Assembly (NCBI GenBank): GCA_964653685.1 | Contig: CAZZHA010000001.1 | Location: 5,794 to 69,793, forward strand | DNA: 64,000 nucleotides | Reading direction: 5' to 3' | From: an uncultured Gammaproteobacteria bacterium | GTDB lineage: Bacteria; Patescibacteriota; Microgenomatia; PFEM01; JAHIFH01 | In this document: piece by piece, positions 46,193 through 54,252 of the stretch | Position numbering within the stretch: the stretch's first letter is position 1 | How the letters are laid out: every line of letters starts with the position of its first letter | Program-made: the position numbers and the translations under genes | Notes under the pieces: model-generated | The model's input: only the letters and a program-made list of their open reading frames with translations | The model's database searches: none | Told to the model about the DNA's origin: nothing

Positions 46193-46600
46193 CTAATCCT
46201 TCTTAATGAACTTGGTTCTAAAAGGCAATTTTGCTCCGGCTCGCTTAATCGCTTCTTTAGCGATTTTTTCATCAACACCGGCCAGTTCAAAAATAATTCT
46301 GCCAGGTGTAACTACGGCAACATGATGATCAATCGCGCCTTTACCCGATCCCATCCTGACACCTGCTGGTTTCTTAGTAACTGGTTTATCGGGAAAAACT
46401 CGAATCCAAATTTTACCTTGTCTTTTGGTTTGATGGGTAATTGCTTTCCGAGCCGCTTCAATTTGCCGGGCCATCAGCCAACCACGACCAAGACTTTTTA
46501 AACCATAATCACCAAAAGTCAGAGTCGAACCCCTAATCGATTTACCTTTCATTCTACCCCGAAATTGTTTCCGGTATTTAGCTCTTTTTGGTTCTAGCAT
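46193..46600 (-). CDS. rplP: 50S ribosomal protein L16
   Basis: 135 aa. [19 protein letters not shown] and [14 protein letters not shown]. Confidence 0.96.
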   Translation of the reverse strand: MLEPKRAKYRKQFRGRMKGKSIRGSTLTFGDYGLKSLGRGWLMARQIEAARKAITHQTKRQGKIWIRVFPDKPVTKKPAGVRMGSGKGAIDHHVAVVTPGRIIFELAGVDEKIAKEAIKRAGAKLPFRTKFIKKD

Positions 46601-46602
46601 GA

Positions 46603-47250
46603 TTATTCTTCTTTCTCGCCTTTATAAACCCAAACTTTCACCCCAACGTAACCAAATCTAGTGATGGCCGGAATTTGAGCATAGTCAATTTCCGCTCGCA
46701 AAGTCTGTAAAGGAACGGCTCCCTTTTTAAAAGTTTCGGTTCGACTAATTTCTGCCCCACCGACTCGACCTGAGAGAGCAATTTTAATCCCCTGAGCGCC
46801 GGCATCCATAGCTCGTTCAATCGTTTTATTGGCCACTCGACGATAAGGCATCCTTTTCTCTAATTGCTGAACGACTCGAACCGCTATCAATTGGGCTGAT
46901 AATTCTGGTTCTTTGACTTCTTCAACATCCAACTCCAAATTCTTTTCTGGTTCAGTTAGACTCACCATCTTCACTAAGTCTTTTTTTAAAAGTTCTAGGC
47001 CAGAACCGCCTCGACCAATGACCACTCCTGGCCGAGAGACTTTTAAGGTAATTTTCATTTTGTTAATTGATCGTTCAATCTGAGCTTCAACGATACCGGC
47101 TAAAGCTAATTTATCCATAAGATAACGACGGATTCGATGATCCTCTAAAATATTTTTTCGATATTGTTTGGAATCACGAGCAAACCAGCGTGATCGCCAC
47201 TGCTTAGAATTTGTTAATCTAAATCCAAATGGATTAATTTTTTGTCCCAT
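46603..47250 (-). CDS. rpsC: 30S ribosomal protein S3
   Basis: Real start [12 protein letters not shown] at 47250. KH domain and [12 protein letters not shown]. The ORF-track extension to 47337 lies inside rplV. Confidence 0.95.
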   Translation of the reverse strand: MGQKINPFGFRLTNSKQWRSRWFARDSKQYRKNILEDHRIRRYLMDKLALAGIVEAQIERSINKMKITLKVSRPGVVIGRGGSGLELLKKDLVKMVSLTEPEKNLELDVEEVKEPELSAQLIAVRVVQQLEKRMPYRRVANKTIERAMDAGAQGIKIALSGRVGGAEISRTETFKKGAVPLQTLRAEIDYAQIPAITRFGYVGVKVWVYKGEKEE

Positions 47251-47656
47251 GTTTTTTTCCTTTTTTAATTTTAGCCGAAACCGGTTTTTTCTCTTTCTTG
47301 ATTGATTTTTTAGCCTTTTTTTCTTCCTCACCTTCAAGAATAATTTTGATATGAGCCATCTTCTTCAAAATCTGATGAACTCTGCCTTTAGCAACAAAAC
47401 GATAACGTTTCATTTGAGGGCCTTTACTAATTTCTAATCTTTTAATTTTCAAATTATCTTTTTCAAGATGAAAATTATTTTCGGCATTGGCAATCCCTTG
47501 TCTTAAAGTTTTTAACAATAATCTGGCAGCCTTTTTATTGAAACTTTTCAAGATTATCTCTGCTTCTAGAGCCTTTAGGCCGCGAATCTCAGCCGCTACT
47601 AAACGTAACTTCCTTGGTGTTTGGCGAACAAATTTGGTTTGAGCAATAACTTCCAT
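47234..47656 (-). CDS. rplV: 50S ribosomal protein L22 with a Lys-rich tail
   Basis: 140 aa. QTKFVRQTPRKLRLVAAEIRG and RFVAKGRVHQILKKMAHI. Confidence 0.94.
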   Translation of the reverse strand: MEVIAQTKFVRQTPRKLRLVAAEIRGLKALEAEIILKSFNKKAARLLLKTLRQGIANAENNFHLEKDNLKIKRLEISKGPQMKRYRFVAKGRVHQILKKMAHIKIILEGEEEKKAKKSIKKEKKPVSAKIKKGKKHGTKN

Positions 47657-47662
47657 TTTTCT

Positions 47663-47947
47663 TTAAGTTTTAGTAACAAGTCGCTTAACCACTCGACCAT
47701 GACCCCGAAAAGTCCGAGTCGGCGCAAATTCACCTAACCGTTGACCAACCATGGCCTCGGTGACAAAGACATCAATAAAATTTCGACCATTATGGACCTG
47801 AAAAGTGTGGCCCACAAATTCTGGCGGAATTTGACTAGCTCGAGCCCAAGTTTTAATTGGCTCTTTTTTACCCGTTTCTTTTTGAGCCATAACCTTTTTT
47901 AACAATTTTTGGTCGATATATGGTCCTTTTTTACTAGATCTACTCAT
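47663..47947 (-). CDS. rpsS: 30S ribosomal protein S19
   Basis: 94 aa. [12 protein letters not shown] and [32 protein letters not shown]. Confidence 0.96.
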   Translation of the reverse strand: MSRSSKKGPYIDQKLLKKVMAQKETGKKEPIKTWARASQIPPEFVGHTFQVHNGRNFIDVFVTEAMVGQRLGEFAPTRTFRGHGRVVKRLVTKT

Positions 47948-48704
47948 AGCGCCTCTTTCTACCTTTAATGATTAATTTATCACTATATTTCTTTGATTTT
48001 CGCGTCTTTTTCCCTAAGGTCTTTTTTCCCCAAGGTGACTTAGGGCTAGGCATACCAATCCCGGAACGACCTTCACCGCCACCGTGCGGATGAGAACTGG
48101 GATTTTGAGCCACTCCTCGAACCGAGGGGCGAATCCCCATATGCCTTTTTCTGCCCGCTTTACCTAGTTTTCTGGTTTTCAATTCTGGCTTACCAACCTG
48201 ACCAACAGTGGCGTAACAATCTTCCTTAATTAACCTTTGCTCGCCTGATGGTAATTTGACAATAACATAACCTTTTTCCTTACTGGCAATCGTTGCCCCA
48301 GTGCCTGCGCCACGAACAATTTGACCACCCTTACCTGGCGTTAATTCGATATTATGGATAACTGTTCCCATTCTAATTATCTTTAAGGGTAAGGCATTAC
48401 CAGGTTTAATTTCCGCTTTTTCACCAGCCATAACCAAATCACCAACTTTTAAACCAACTGGGGTAAGAATGTACCTTTTTGCCCCATCCGAATAGTGCAA
48501 AAGAGAGATATCGGCTCCACGATTAGGCGAGTATTCAATCGAAACGACTTTAGCTTCGATATCTCGTTTATCTCTCCTAAAATCAATTTCTCTTAAAAAC
48601 CTTTTTTGTCGACCACCCTGGTGGCGGGTTGTTACCCTGCCAAGAGCATTTCTACCCGAATGTTTCTTTAAGATTTTCTTTAATTTTTTCTGTTTTCTCG
48701 CCAT
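47940..48704 (-). CDS. rplB: 50S ribosomal protein L2
   Basis: [14 protein letters not shown] and [19 protein letters not shown]. The ATG at 48704 follows GGAGA and lies 4 nt after the rplW stop. The ORF-track start at 48734 is inside rplW. Confidence 0.94.
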   Translation of the reverse strand: MARKQKKLKKILKKHSGRNALGRVTTRHQGGRQKRFLREIDFRRDKRDIEAKVVSIEYSPNRGADISLLHYSDGAKRYILTPVGLKVGDLVMAGEKAEIKPGNALPLKIIRMGTVIHNIELTPGKGGQIVRGAGTGATIASKEKGYVIVKLPSGEQRLIKEDCYATVGQVGKPELKTRKLGKAGRKRHMGIRPSVRGVAQNPSSHPHGGGEGRSGIGMPSPKSPWGKKTLGKKTRKSKKYSDKLIIKGRKRRYE

Positions 48705-48708
48705 TTTT

Positions 48709-49002
48709 TTATTCTCCAGTTTCAAAAATATCAATTTTTTCGCCTTCAGCTAATTCAACTACGGCTTTTTTCCAATCTGGCTGCTTCACCGGCTGACGAT
48801 TACGGCCACTCCGCTTAGTTTTTCCTCGAAAATTCACCGTTCTCACCTTGATAACCTTAACACCAAATGTCTTCTCAATTGCTTGGGCAACCTCTAACTT
48901 ACTAGCTCTTTGATCAACCTCAAAAACATAACGCCCCCAGGCTGATTCTTGAGTTCCTTTTTCAGTAACAATTGGTCTTTTTAAAATATCTTTAGCTTTC
49001 AT
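48709..49002 (-). CDS. rplW: 50S ribosomal protein L23
   Basis: 97 aa. [12 protein letters not shown] and [16 protein letters not shown]. Confidence 0.94.
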   Translation of the reverse strand: MKAKDILKRPIVTEKGTQESAWGRYVFEVDQRASKLEVAQAIEKTFGVKVIKVRTVNFRGKTKRSGRNRQPVKQPDWKKAVVELAEGEKIDIFETGE

Positions 49003-49649
49003 TATTTCAGAAAAGTTTCTTTTAATTTTTTAATACTTTCTTCCATTAAGACAACCTGCTTTTGACTCAGAACCTGGTAAGGGTTAAGCTGATTAGCCTG
49101 AACCAATTGAACCCCAGCCAGATTCCTTGAGGCCCGAATAACATTCTCTAAAACCTCTGGCAAAACCAAAAGAATCTTCACTTCCTTTTTCTTTTTTTCC
49201 TTTAAGGGCAGCTTAGTAAGAATCGTAGCCATGGTTTTAGTTTTTGGTTCCACTTTCCCCAGTCCCTTAACCGCAATGATTTCTTCTTCCTTAAATTTAC
49301 TTGTTAGAGCGGAGAATAAGGCTTGGCGCTTCATTTTCTTGCTCATTTTCAACTTATAATTTTCCTTGCCCGTTGGGCTGTGAGCCCGGCCACCACCAAC
49401 GAAAATCGGAGCATAACGATCACTATGACGGGCCCGACCTGTACCTTTTTGACGCCAAATTTTTCTTCCGGAACCTGCCACTTCGGCCCGAGTTTTGGTT
49501 TTAGCGCCGGCTTTTCTTTGATTTGAAAGATAAACTTTAACAGCCTGAGCCATTAAAAGTTTATTAATCTTCGCCTCAAAAATCTCCTTAGGCAGACTAA
49601 TTTGACCTGCTTTTCTACCAGTAATTGTATAGAGATCAACTTTAGCCAT
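49002..49649 (-). CDS. rplD: 50S ribosomal protein L4
   Basis: Real start MAKVDLYTITG at 49649, after GAGGAGG. KIWRQKGTGRARHS. Confidence 0.94.
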   Translation of the reverse strand: MAKVDLYTITGRKAGQISLPKEIFEAKINKLLMAQAVKVYLSNQRKAGAKTKTRAEVAGSGRKIWRQKGTGRARHSDRYAPIFVGGGRAHSPTGKENYKLKMSKKMKRQALFSALTSKFKEEEIIAVKGLGKVEPKTKTMATILTKLPLKEKKKKEVKILLVLPEVLENVIRASRNLAGVQLVQANQLNPYQVLSQKQVVLMEESIKKLKETFLK

Positions 49650-50505
49650 TGTCTTTTGCCTCCTCAACTGGTTCTTCTTTTGTTTTTTTCTCTTTTTCCT
49701 CCACTGATTTTTCCTCCTGACCTGATTGTGGTTTGGCTTCAGTTTCTCCAGCAGCTACCAAAGCTTCTTTGGCTTCTTCTTCTCGCCGCAAACGTTCAGT
49801 TCGCTGCTCCTCGGTTTCTTCAATCTCCTTTTTACCTACCTCCATTAAAGGCACAAAACGCTTGGTCTTGCCCGTTTTGGTAATAATCAAAAGCCCGTTT
49901 TGGGCGCCTGGCACCAATCCTTTGATTAATAATTCTTCATTTTCCTTATCAATTGCCTGAATTGTCAATCCCTTGACGGCTATTCGAGCATTACCGGCCC
50001 TCCCGGGCATTTTCTTACCTTTATGAACTCTACCAGGAGTGGTGCCTTGACCAATTGAACCTGGTGCTCTTTCTCGATCAGATTGACCATGGGTTCGCGG
50101 TCCACCTTTAAAACCCCAACGCTTCACAACACCGGTAAAACCCTTACCCTTTGACCAACCAGTCACTTTTATCTGGTCGCCTGGCTGAAAAATATCAGCG
50201 ACTTTAAGCCGCTCACCCACTTTAATTTCATCCCCAAGAGGCTTCTCTAATCTAATTTCCCGCAAAAAACGAGGAGCCTTTTCTAATTTAGCTCCTCTTA
50301 AATGTCCTTTTAATGGTTTCTTAATCTTAGTCATCTTTTTTTCTCCCCAGCCGACCTGAACTGCATGATAGCCATCTTTTTTTTCATCTCGAATCTGAAC
50401 CACATAACAAGGTCCAGCCTTAATTCTGGTTACTGGTATCCTGGTGCCATCTTGAGTAAATCTCTGATTGACTTCTTTTTTTATGCCTAAGATTGTGTTT
50501 AACAT
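49642..50505 (-). CDS. rplC: 50S ribosomal protein L3 with a long acidic C-terminal extension
   Basis: Real start MLNTILGIKKEV at 50505. FKGGPRTHGQSDRERAPGSIG. The tail is rich in E/K (..EEAKEALVAAGETEAKPQSGQEEK..). Confidence 0.94.
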   Translation of the reverse strand: MLNTILGIKKEVNQRFTQDGTRIPVTRIKAGPCYVVQIRDEKKDGYHAVQVGWGEKKMTKIKKPLKGHLRGAKLEKAPRFLREIRLEKPLGDEIKVGERLKVADIFQPGDQIKVTGWSKGKGFTGVVKRWGFKGGPRTHGQSDRERAPGSIGQGTTPGRVHKGKKMPGRAGNARIAVKGLTIQAIDKENEELLIKGLVPGAQNGLLIITKTGKTKRFVPLMEVGKKEIEETEEQRTERLRREEEAKEALVAAGETEAKPQSGQEEKSVEEKEKKTKEEPVEEAKDNG

Positions 50506-50518
50506 TTTGACCACCAAA

Positions 50519-50539
50519 AAGAGTGCCGGAGGCACTCTT
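50519..50539 (-). terminator. Terminator-like hairpin in the rplC leader (candidate attenuator)
   Basis: Minus strand reads AAGAGUGCC-UCC-GGCACUCUU, followed by UUUGGUGG. The hairpin ends 13 nt before the rplC ATG at 50505. Confidence 0.6.
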
Positions 50540-50606
50540 AGGGTTACTCCATTAACTAAATTAGTTTACTTTCAATAGGTGTTTAACCTCACCTCCATTA
50601 GCAAAT

Positions 50607-50635
50607 ATTATAGAAAAATTCAGGATAAAAAGCAA
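50607..50635 (-). promoter_or_regulatory. Promoter for rplC and the downstream ribosomal genes
   Basis: Minus strand reads TTGCTT (50635-50630), a 17-nt spacer and TATAAT (50612-50607). Confidence 0.6.
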
Positions 50636-50668
50636 GCTGATTTTATTGTGAGTAAAATTAGAGCTAAT

Positions 50669-50962
50669 TTAATCAATTCCCCAGAATTTCTTCTCGCCCT
50701 CTTCATCTGGACCAATGAATTTCAGTTGTAAAAAATCCTTTAAGTCACTAATAAAATGGCCAATGCCAAAAGAAAAAGATAATTGTCCTAAAAGATGCTG
50801 ATAAAAAAATAAACCAAGCAGCATTAACATCACCCCATAAATCCAATGATGAGGAGCCCAAGTGGGATTATTAAGTTTCATATTAAGATAATAATGGCTC
50901 CATCTTCCAAGTAGATATCCTATTAAAGCAGCAATGACGAAAAAGAGGATTTTCCAGATCAT
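50669..50962 (-). CDS. Small hypothetical membrane protein
   Basis: 97 aa with three hydrophobic helices. TGgTAGAAT lies 7 nt upstream of the ATG. Confidence 0.55.
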   Translation of the reverse strand: MIWKILFFVIAALIGYLLGRWSHYYLNMKLNNPTWAPHHWIYGVMLMLLGLFFYQHLLGQLSFSFGIGHFISDLKDFLQLKFIGPDEEGEKKFWGID

Positions 50963-51029
50963 TTTCTTAATTCTACCAAACCAAACGATATTGACCTTTT
51001 AATTTTTCTGCTATAATTATTTACATTAT

Positions 51030-51590
51030 ATGCTGGTTAAAAAAATTATTCTCATTATCCTTGCTTTAGGAGCAGTTGGTACCTTAAGTTTTTTTCTTCT
51101 TAATAAAAATAGTTTGCCAGAGGTTACTCAGCAGGTTGGGATGGAAAAAGAAAATCTCGATGACCAATGGTTAACCTATACCAATGATTCTTATCAATAC
51201 GAAATTAAGTATCACCGTGACTGGCACAAGCAGGAAGAAAATGAACCACCCTACCCTCCGCCACCTGCGGGAATGAACTTCAGCCGGCGTTGGCTTGAAC
51301 CACTAGAGGTTTGTGATTTTCAGATTTCATCAAGCGATATCGTTGATAATTTTGAAGGGGAAATTGAGAGTCTCTCCCAAGACACTAATAAGCAAATGTC
51401 TCAAGCAGTAATCGCTGGCCAAAAGGCAACCAAGTTCGTTAGTTCAACCGAAAACCAATTAGTTGAGAGCTATTACCTAACTTATAAAAGAAATTCATTT
51501 AATTTGGGATTTAATATTCTCCGAGGGGAACACTTTAATACCTGTCAACAGGTCTTTAACCAAATGATTGCTTCTTTTAAGCTTTTATAG
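51030..51590 (+). CDS. Hypothetical secreted/anchored protein
   Basis: 186 aa. N-terminal TM (IILIILALGAVGTLSFFLL). No recognisable domain. Confidence 0.55.
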   Translation: MLVKKIILIILALGAVGTLSFFLLNKNSLPEVTQQVGMEKENLDDQWLTYTNDSYQYEIKYHRDWHKQEENEPPYPPPPAGMNFSRRWLEPLEVCDFQISSSDIVDNFEGEIESLSQDTNKQMSQAVIAGQKATKFVSSTENQLVESYYLTYKRNSFNLGFNILRGEHFNTCQQVFNQMIASFKLL

Positions 51591-52272
51591 CTTTTATTAA
51601 TAATCTTGTTGGCATTGAAGAATATTTCTTATAGTCTTTTTTATTCTTTTTAGCCTTTTTACCCACAGGGGTGGGTTCTTCAACACTTAACAGTTCAAAA
51701 CCAAAACTCATAATCGTGTTTATATAGTCAGAAAACTTTTTCGGGTGATATTTAATTTCTGTTCCCCAAGGTGTTTTCTCTATCTTTGCTTTATTACTAA
51801 AGTATTCTGAATGATTACTAACAAACCGAAGTGGATGAATAGTAATAAAAAATAGATATCCTCCTTTTGCTAACCATCTAGAAATACTCTCCATTGTTTT
51901 CTTAAAATCCTTTTGACTTAAATAATTAAAAGTCATATTACTTACGACAAGGTCTAAGCTTTCATTCCGTAGTTTTAAATTAGACAAGTTTGCCTGTATA
52001 AACCTTATATTGGGAAAAGAATTTCGGGCGATATTTAGCATATCAGGACTTATGTCAGTTCCGATAAGATTTTTTTCCCTCACTCCCAAATCAAGAAGTA
52101 GTTTTATTGTTCTTCCAGTTCCACACCCAGCATCAAGAACTCGCATCTTACTTTCCAATATTGGTTTTAAATGCCTTTCCATTGCTGGTTTTTCTACAAA
52201 TTTCCAACTAAATGATTTCTCTGAAAACTGAATATATTTAGCAGCTTGCACACCTGAGTATTTTACTTTCAT
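51577..52272 (-). CDS. Class I SAM-dependent methyltransferase
   Basis: 231 aa. Motif I VLDAGCGTGR, motif II DLVVSNMTFNY. The 3' end overlaps the convergent gene by 14 nt. Confidence 0.85.
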   Translation of the reverse strand: MKVKYSGVQAAKYIQFSEKSFSWKFVEKPAMERHLKPILESKMRVLDAGCGTGRTIKLLLDLGVREKNLIGTDISPDMLNIARNSFPNIRFIQANLSNLKLRNESLDLVVSNMTFNYLSQKDFKKTMESISRWLAKGGYLFFITIHPLRFVSNHSEYFSNKAKIEKTPWGTEIKYHPKKFSDYINTIMSFGFELLSVEEPTPVGKKAKKNKKDYKKYSSMPTRLLIKAIKA

Positions 52273-52340
52273 GGGGAGTCAATTATATCACTAGCTATGT
52301 AAATACAAAAACCCAGTAAATCGGGCTTTTCTATCCCTGA

Positions 52341-52373
52341 CTCCCTATCGTGGACGAAGTTAGAACTGGTTTG
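52341..52373. repeat. Island repeat copy 1
   Basis: CTCCCTATCGTGGACGAAGTTAGAACTGGTTTG. Lies 4 nt beyond the stop codon (52378-52380) of the EamA-like gene and 53 nt upstream of the -10 box of the methyltransferase gene. Confidence 0.7.
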
Positions 52374-52377
52374 AGCT

Positions 52378-52800
52378 TTAAATGCTAAGAATATAAATAC
52401 TTAATATTGCTAAAACAAGCCCTGTTATTTTTATTAATGTCAGTCTTTCGCCAAAAAATAGCAGACCAATGATCGCCGAAAAAATAATTGTAGAAATTGA
52501 CAAAAGAGGTAATCCAAGGCTAATAGGAGCCTTCTTTTGATACATCAAAAAATAAAGAAGGCTGCCAAAAGCACTAAAAATTCCTGCTAAACAAGCCAGT
52601 TTTACTCCTTTTGAGGTAATGGTTATTTCTTGACCAGTTGTTTTGAAAATAAAAATTAACCCCAAAGTAATTATTGCTGAGGCGACTGAGAGAGAAATTG
52701 ACCCAACAAGAGCATGTAGATGATTGCTGCTCAATTTAAGAAAAGCGTTGTAGATGGCAAAGAAAAAACCAGCGGCTATGCCAAAAATTACCCAATTCAT
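52378..52800 (-). CDS. Half-size EamA/DMT-superfamily transporter
   Basis: 140 aa, 4-5 TM, single EamA-like domain. TGgTATAAT lies 6 nt upstream of the ATG. Confidence 0.7.
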   Translation of the reverse strand: MNWVIFGIAAGFFFAIYNAFLKLSSNHLHALVGSISLSVASAIITLGLIFIFKTTGQEITITSKGVKLACLAGIFSAFGSLLYFLMYQKKAPISLGLPLLSISTIIFSAIIGLLFFGERLTLIKITGLVLAILSIYILSI

Positions 52801-52816
52801 GTTTTCATTATACCAA

Positions 52817-52844
52817 ACAAAAAAAGCCCATTAGCTTGGGCTTT
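52817..52844 (-). terminator. Rho-independent terminator
   Basis: Minus strand reads AAAGCCCA-agctaa-TGGGCTTT followed by TTTTGTTT. Downstream of the 52935-53426 gene. Confidence 0.6.
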
Positions 52845-52934
52845 CTGAAATTAGTTCGGCCAATAAAGCCATTTACAAACTCCAAATGTAAATTGGTCCA
52901 ACCAAAAACCTTTTGCTGGGAAACCAATTTTAAA

Positions 52935-53426
52935 TCACGATCCGGCTATTTTTGTCAATTTGATAACCGTAACGACTCCATTCTTTTCATTTCCCTGAAC
53001 CCTGGCCATAGAACCAAGCTCTAATTTGCTTTTATCACAAACTTCTTCCCCACTACCCAAATCACATTTACTTGAGGCATTAAAGGCGAGATTAGCTGTG
53101 TTAGCTGGCCGACCGGGTGATTCGTAAAGCAAAACCCAATTACCAGTTTGCCTTTCGGCATTAGCATCCCAATCAGTTAAATTGCCTGTCTTATCAAAAT
53201 TCTCGACCAAAACCGGCTGGCTATCTGATTCGTCAAGGTCTTGTTCAGCCTCTTCTATTGGAGCACTTGTCTCTTCGGAACTACTACCAGTGGGTAATTG
53301 AATTCCTGGCAAATTTATTGGTTTCTTGATTATTTTTGCCCCACCATAAACGACTATGGCTCCTACCACCAAAAGAATAATCAAAATTAACAAAGCCGCT
53401 CCTTGTTCGTTTTTTGATTTTCTCAT
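52935..53426 (-). CDS. Hypothetical secreted/anchored protein
   Basis: 163 aa. N-terminal TM (AALLILIILLVVGAIVVYGG). SD AAGGGGGTGAGG. Confidence 0.6.
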   Translation of the reverse strand: MRKSKNEQGAALLILIILLVVGAIVVYGGAKIIKKPINLPGIQLPTGSSSEETSAPIEEAEQDLDESDSQPVLVENFDKTGNLTDWDANAERQTGNWVLLYESPGRPANTANLAFNASSKCDLGSGEEVCDKSKLELGSMARVQGNEKNGVVTVIKLTKIAGS

Positions 53427-53471
53427 CTTTCCTCACCCCCTTTCTTTTTCCTTTAAAAGGTTCCTAATTCT

Positions 53472-53495
53472 CTCCTGTGGATAAAGTTAGAACTT
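53472..53495. repeat. Island repeat copy 3 (shortened)
   Basis: CTCCTGTGGATAAAGTTAGAACTT. Shares CTCC..GTGGAnnAAGTTAGAACT with copy 1. Abuts the GNAT stop codon. Confidence 0.55.
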
Positions 53496-53961
53496 ACTCA
53501 CTAATTTTCTTTTCTAGACAAATATCTATCTCTAAGTACCCATTACTACGATAAAAATCCAAGGCTTCTCTATTTTCCACATAGCAATTAAGATATATTT
53601 TCTGGAAACCTTCTCGCTTTGCCCAATCTGTTATGGTGTCTAATATTTTTTTACCGATTCCTTGTTTCTTTTTTTCAGGTATTACTCCTAGATTATCAAT
53701 TTCAAAATACCTACTTTTACGATATGATACTTCTTTTTCTTCGCCATTCGCGTATCCAATCATCTGTCCATCCTCTTCAGCGATCAAAAAACACCCCTTT
53801 CTACTTCTAATTGCTTCTTTGAAATATTTCTCTCCCTGAGGGGTATAGGCAAAGTCCTCAACAGCATCTTCGTCATATTCAGAATTATTCATGAAGATTT
53901 GCTTATTCAATTTTTTTACGGCTGGTAAATCGCGGATCGTTGCTTTCCGGATAGTTATCAC
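53494..53961 (-). CDS. GNAT family N-acetyltransferase
   Basis: 155 aa. Acetyl-CoA motif VIPEKKKQGIGKKIL. GTG start, 6 nt after TGaTATAAT. Confidence 0.85.
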   Translation of the reverse strand: MITIRKATIRDLPAVKKLNKQIFMNNSEYDEDAVEDFAYTPQGEKYFKEAIRSRKGCFLIAEEDGQMIGYANGEEKEVSYRKSRYFEIDNLGVIPEKKKQGIGKKILDTITDWAKREGFQKIYLNCYVENREALDFYRSNGYLEIDICLEKKISE

Positions 53962-54027
53962 AATTGAATTATATCAAAAGTGGTTCAACAATTTTTATCT
54001 GAAGTAGAACATCTATCTTCAAACTTA

Positions 54028-54060
54028 CTCCCTATCGTGGGCGATGTTCAGACTAGTTGG
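54028..54060. repeat. Island repeat copy 2
   Basis: CTCCCTATCGTGGGCGATGTTCAGACTAGTTGG. The first 13 nt are identical to copy 1. Lies 54 nt upstream of the -10 box of the GNAT gene. Confidence 0.7.
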
Positions 54061-54252
54061 GAACAAATTTAAGCAAGAAAAATCTAATAAATGAAACCAA
54101 AGATACTTGTTCGCAGAATCACTCGGGAAGAGAGTGATTAGAGCTGGATAAATGACCGGACAAAAATTTATCATATGTTGATATAGTTATAAATAGTCTC
54201 CGCAGGAAGTCTCACTTCAGGTTTAGGAGTTTGATAGTAAGTGGTTTGTTAT

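Noticed and set aside
47251-47337. Lys/Arg-rich N-terminal extensions in track ORFs for rpsC, rpmC, rplF, rplB, rplD, rplC, rpsG, gltX and cca.
   Set aside because: These are upstream in-frame ATGs inside the preceding gene. Conserved N-termini and SD positions support the shorter starts listed in the features.
52341-54060. Integron-like gene cassettes with attC sites, or a CRISPR-like array, as an explanation for the repeated element.
   Set aside because: There is no intI-type integrase. The element lacks the paired inverse-core and core sites and the extended imperfect palindrome of attC. There are only three copies, 0.5-1.1 kb apart, with whole genes between them, so it is not a CRISPR array either. 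The repeat itself is kept as a finding with unknown function.
54025-54174. A 49-aa minus-strand ORF (MINFCPVIYP...SLNIAHDRE) ending in repeat copy 2, and a 16-codon plus-strand ORF at 54091-54141 (MKPKILVRRITREESD).
   Set aside because: Neither has an SD or a -10 box, and the composition is unprotein-like. The frame is not maintained at repeat copies 1 and 3. These are probably decayed sequence rather than genes.
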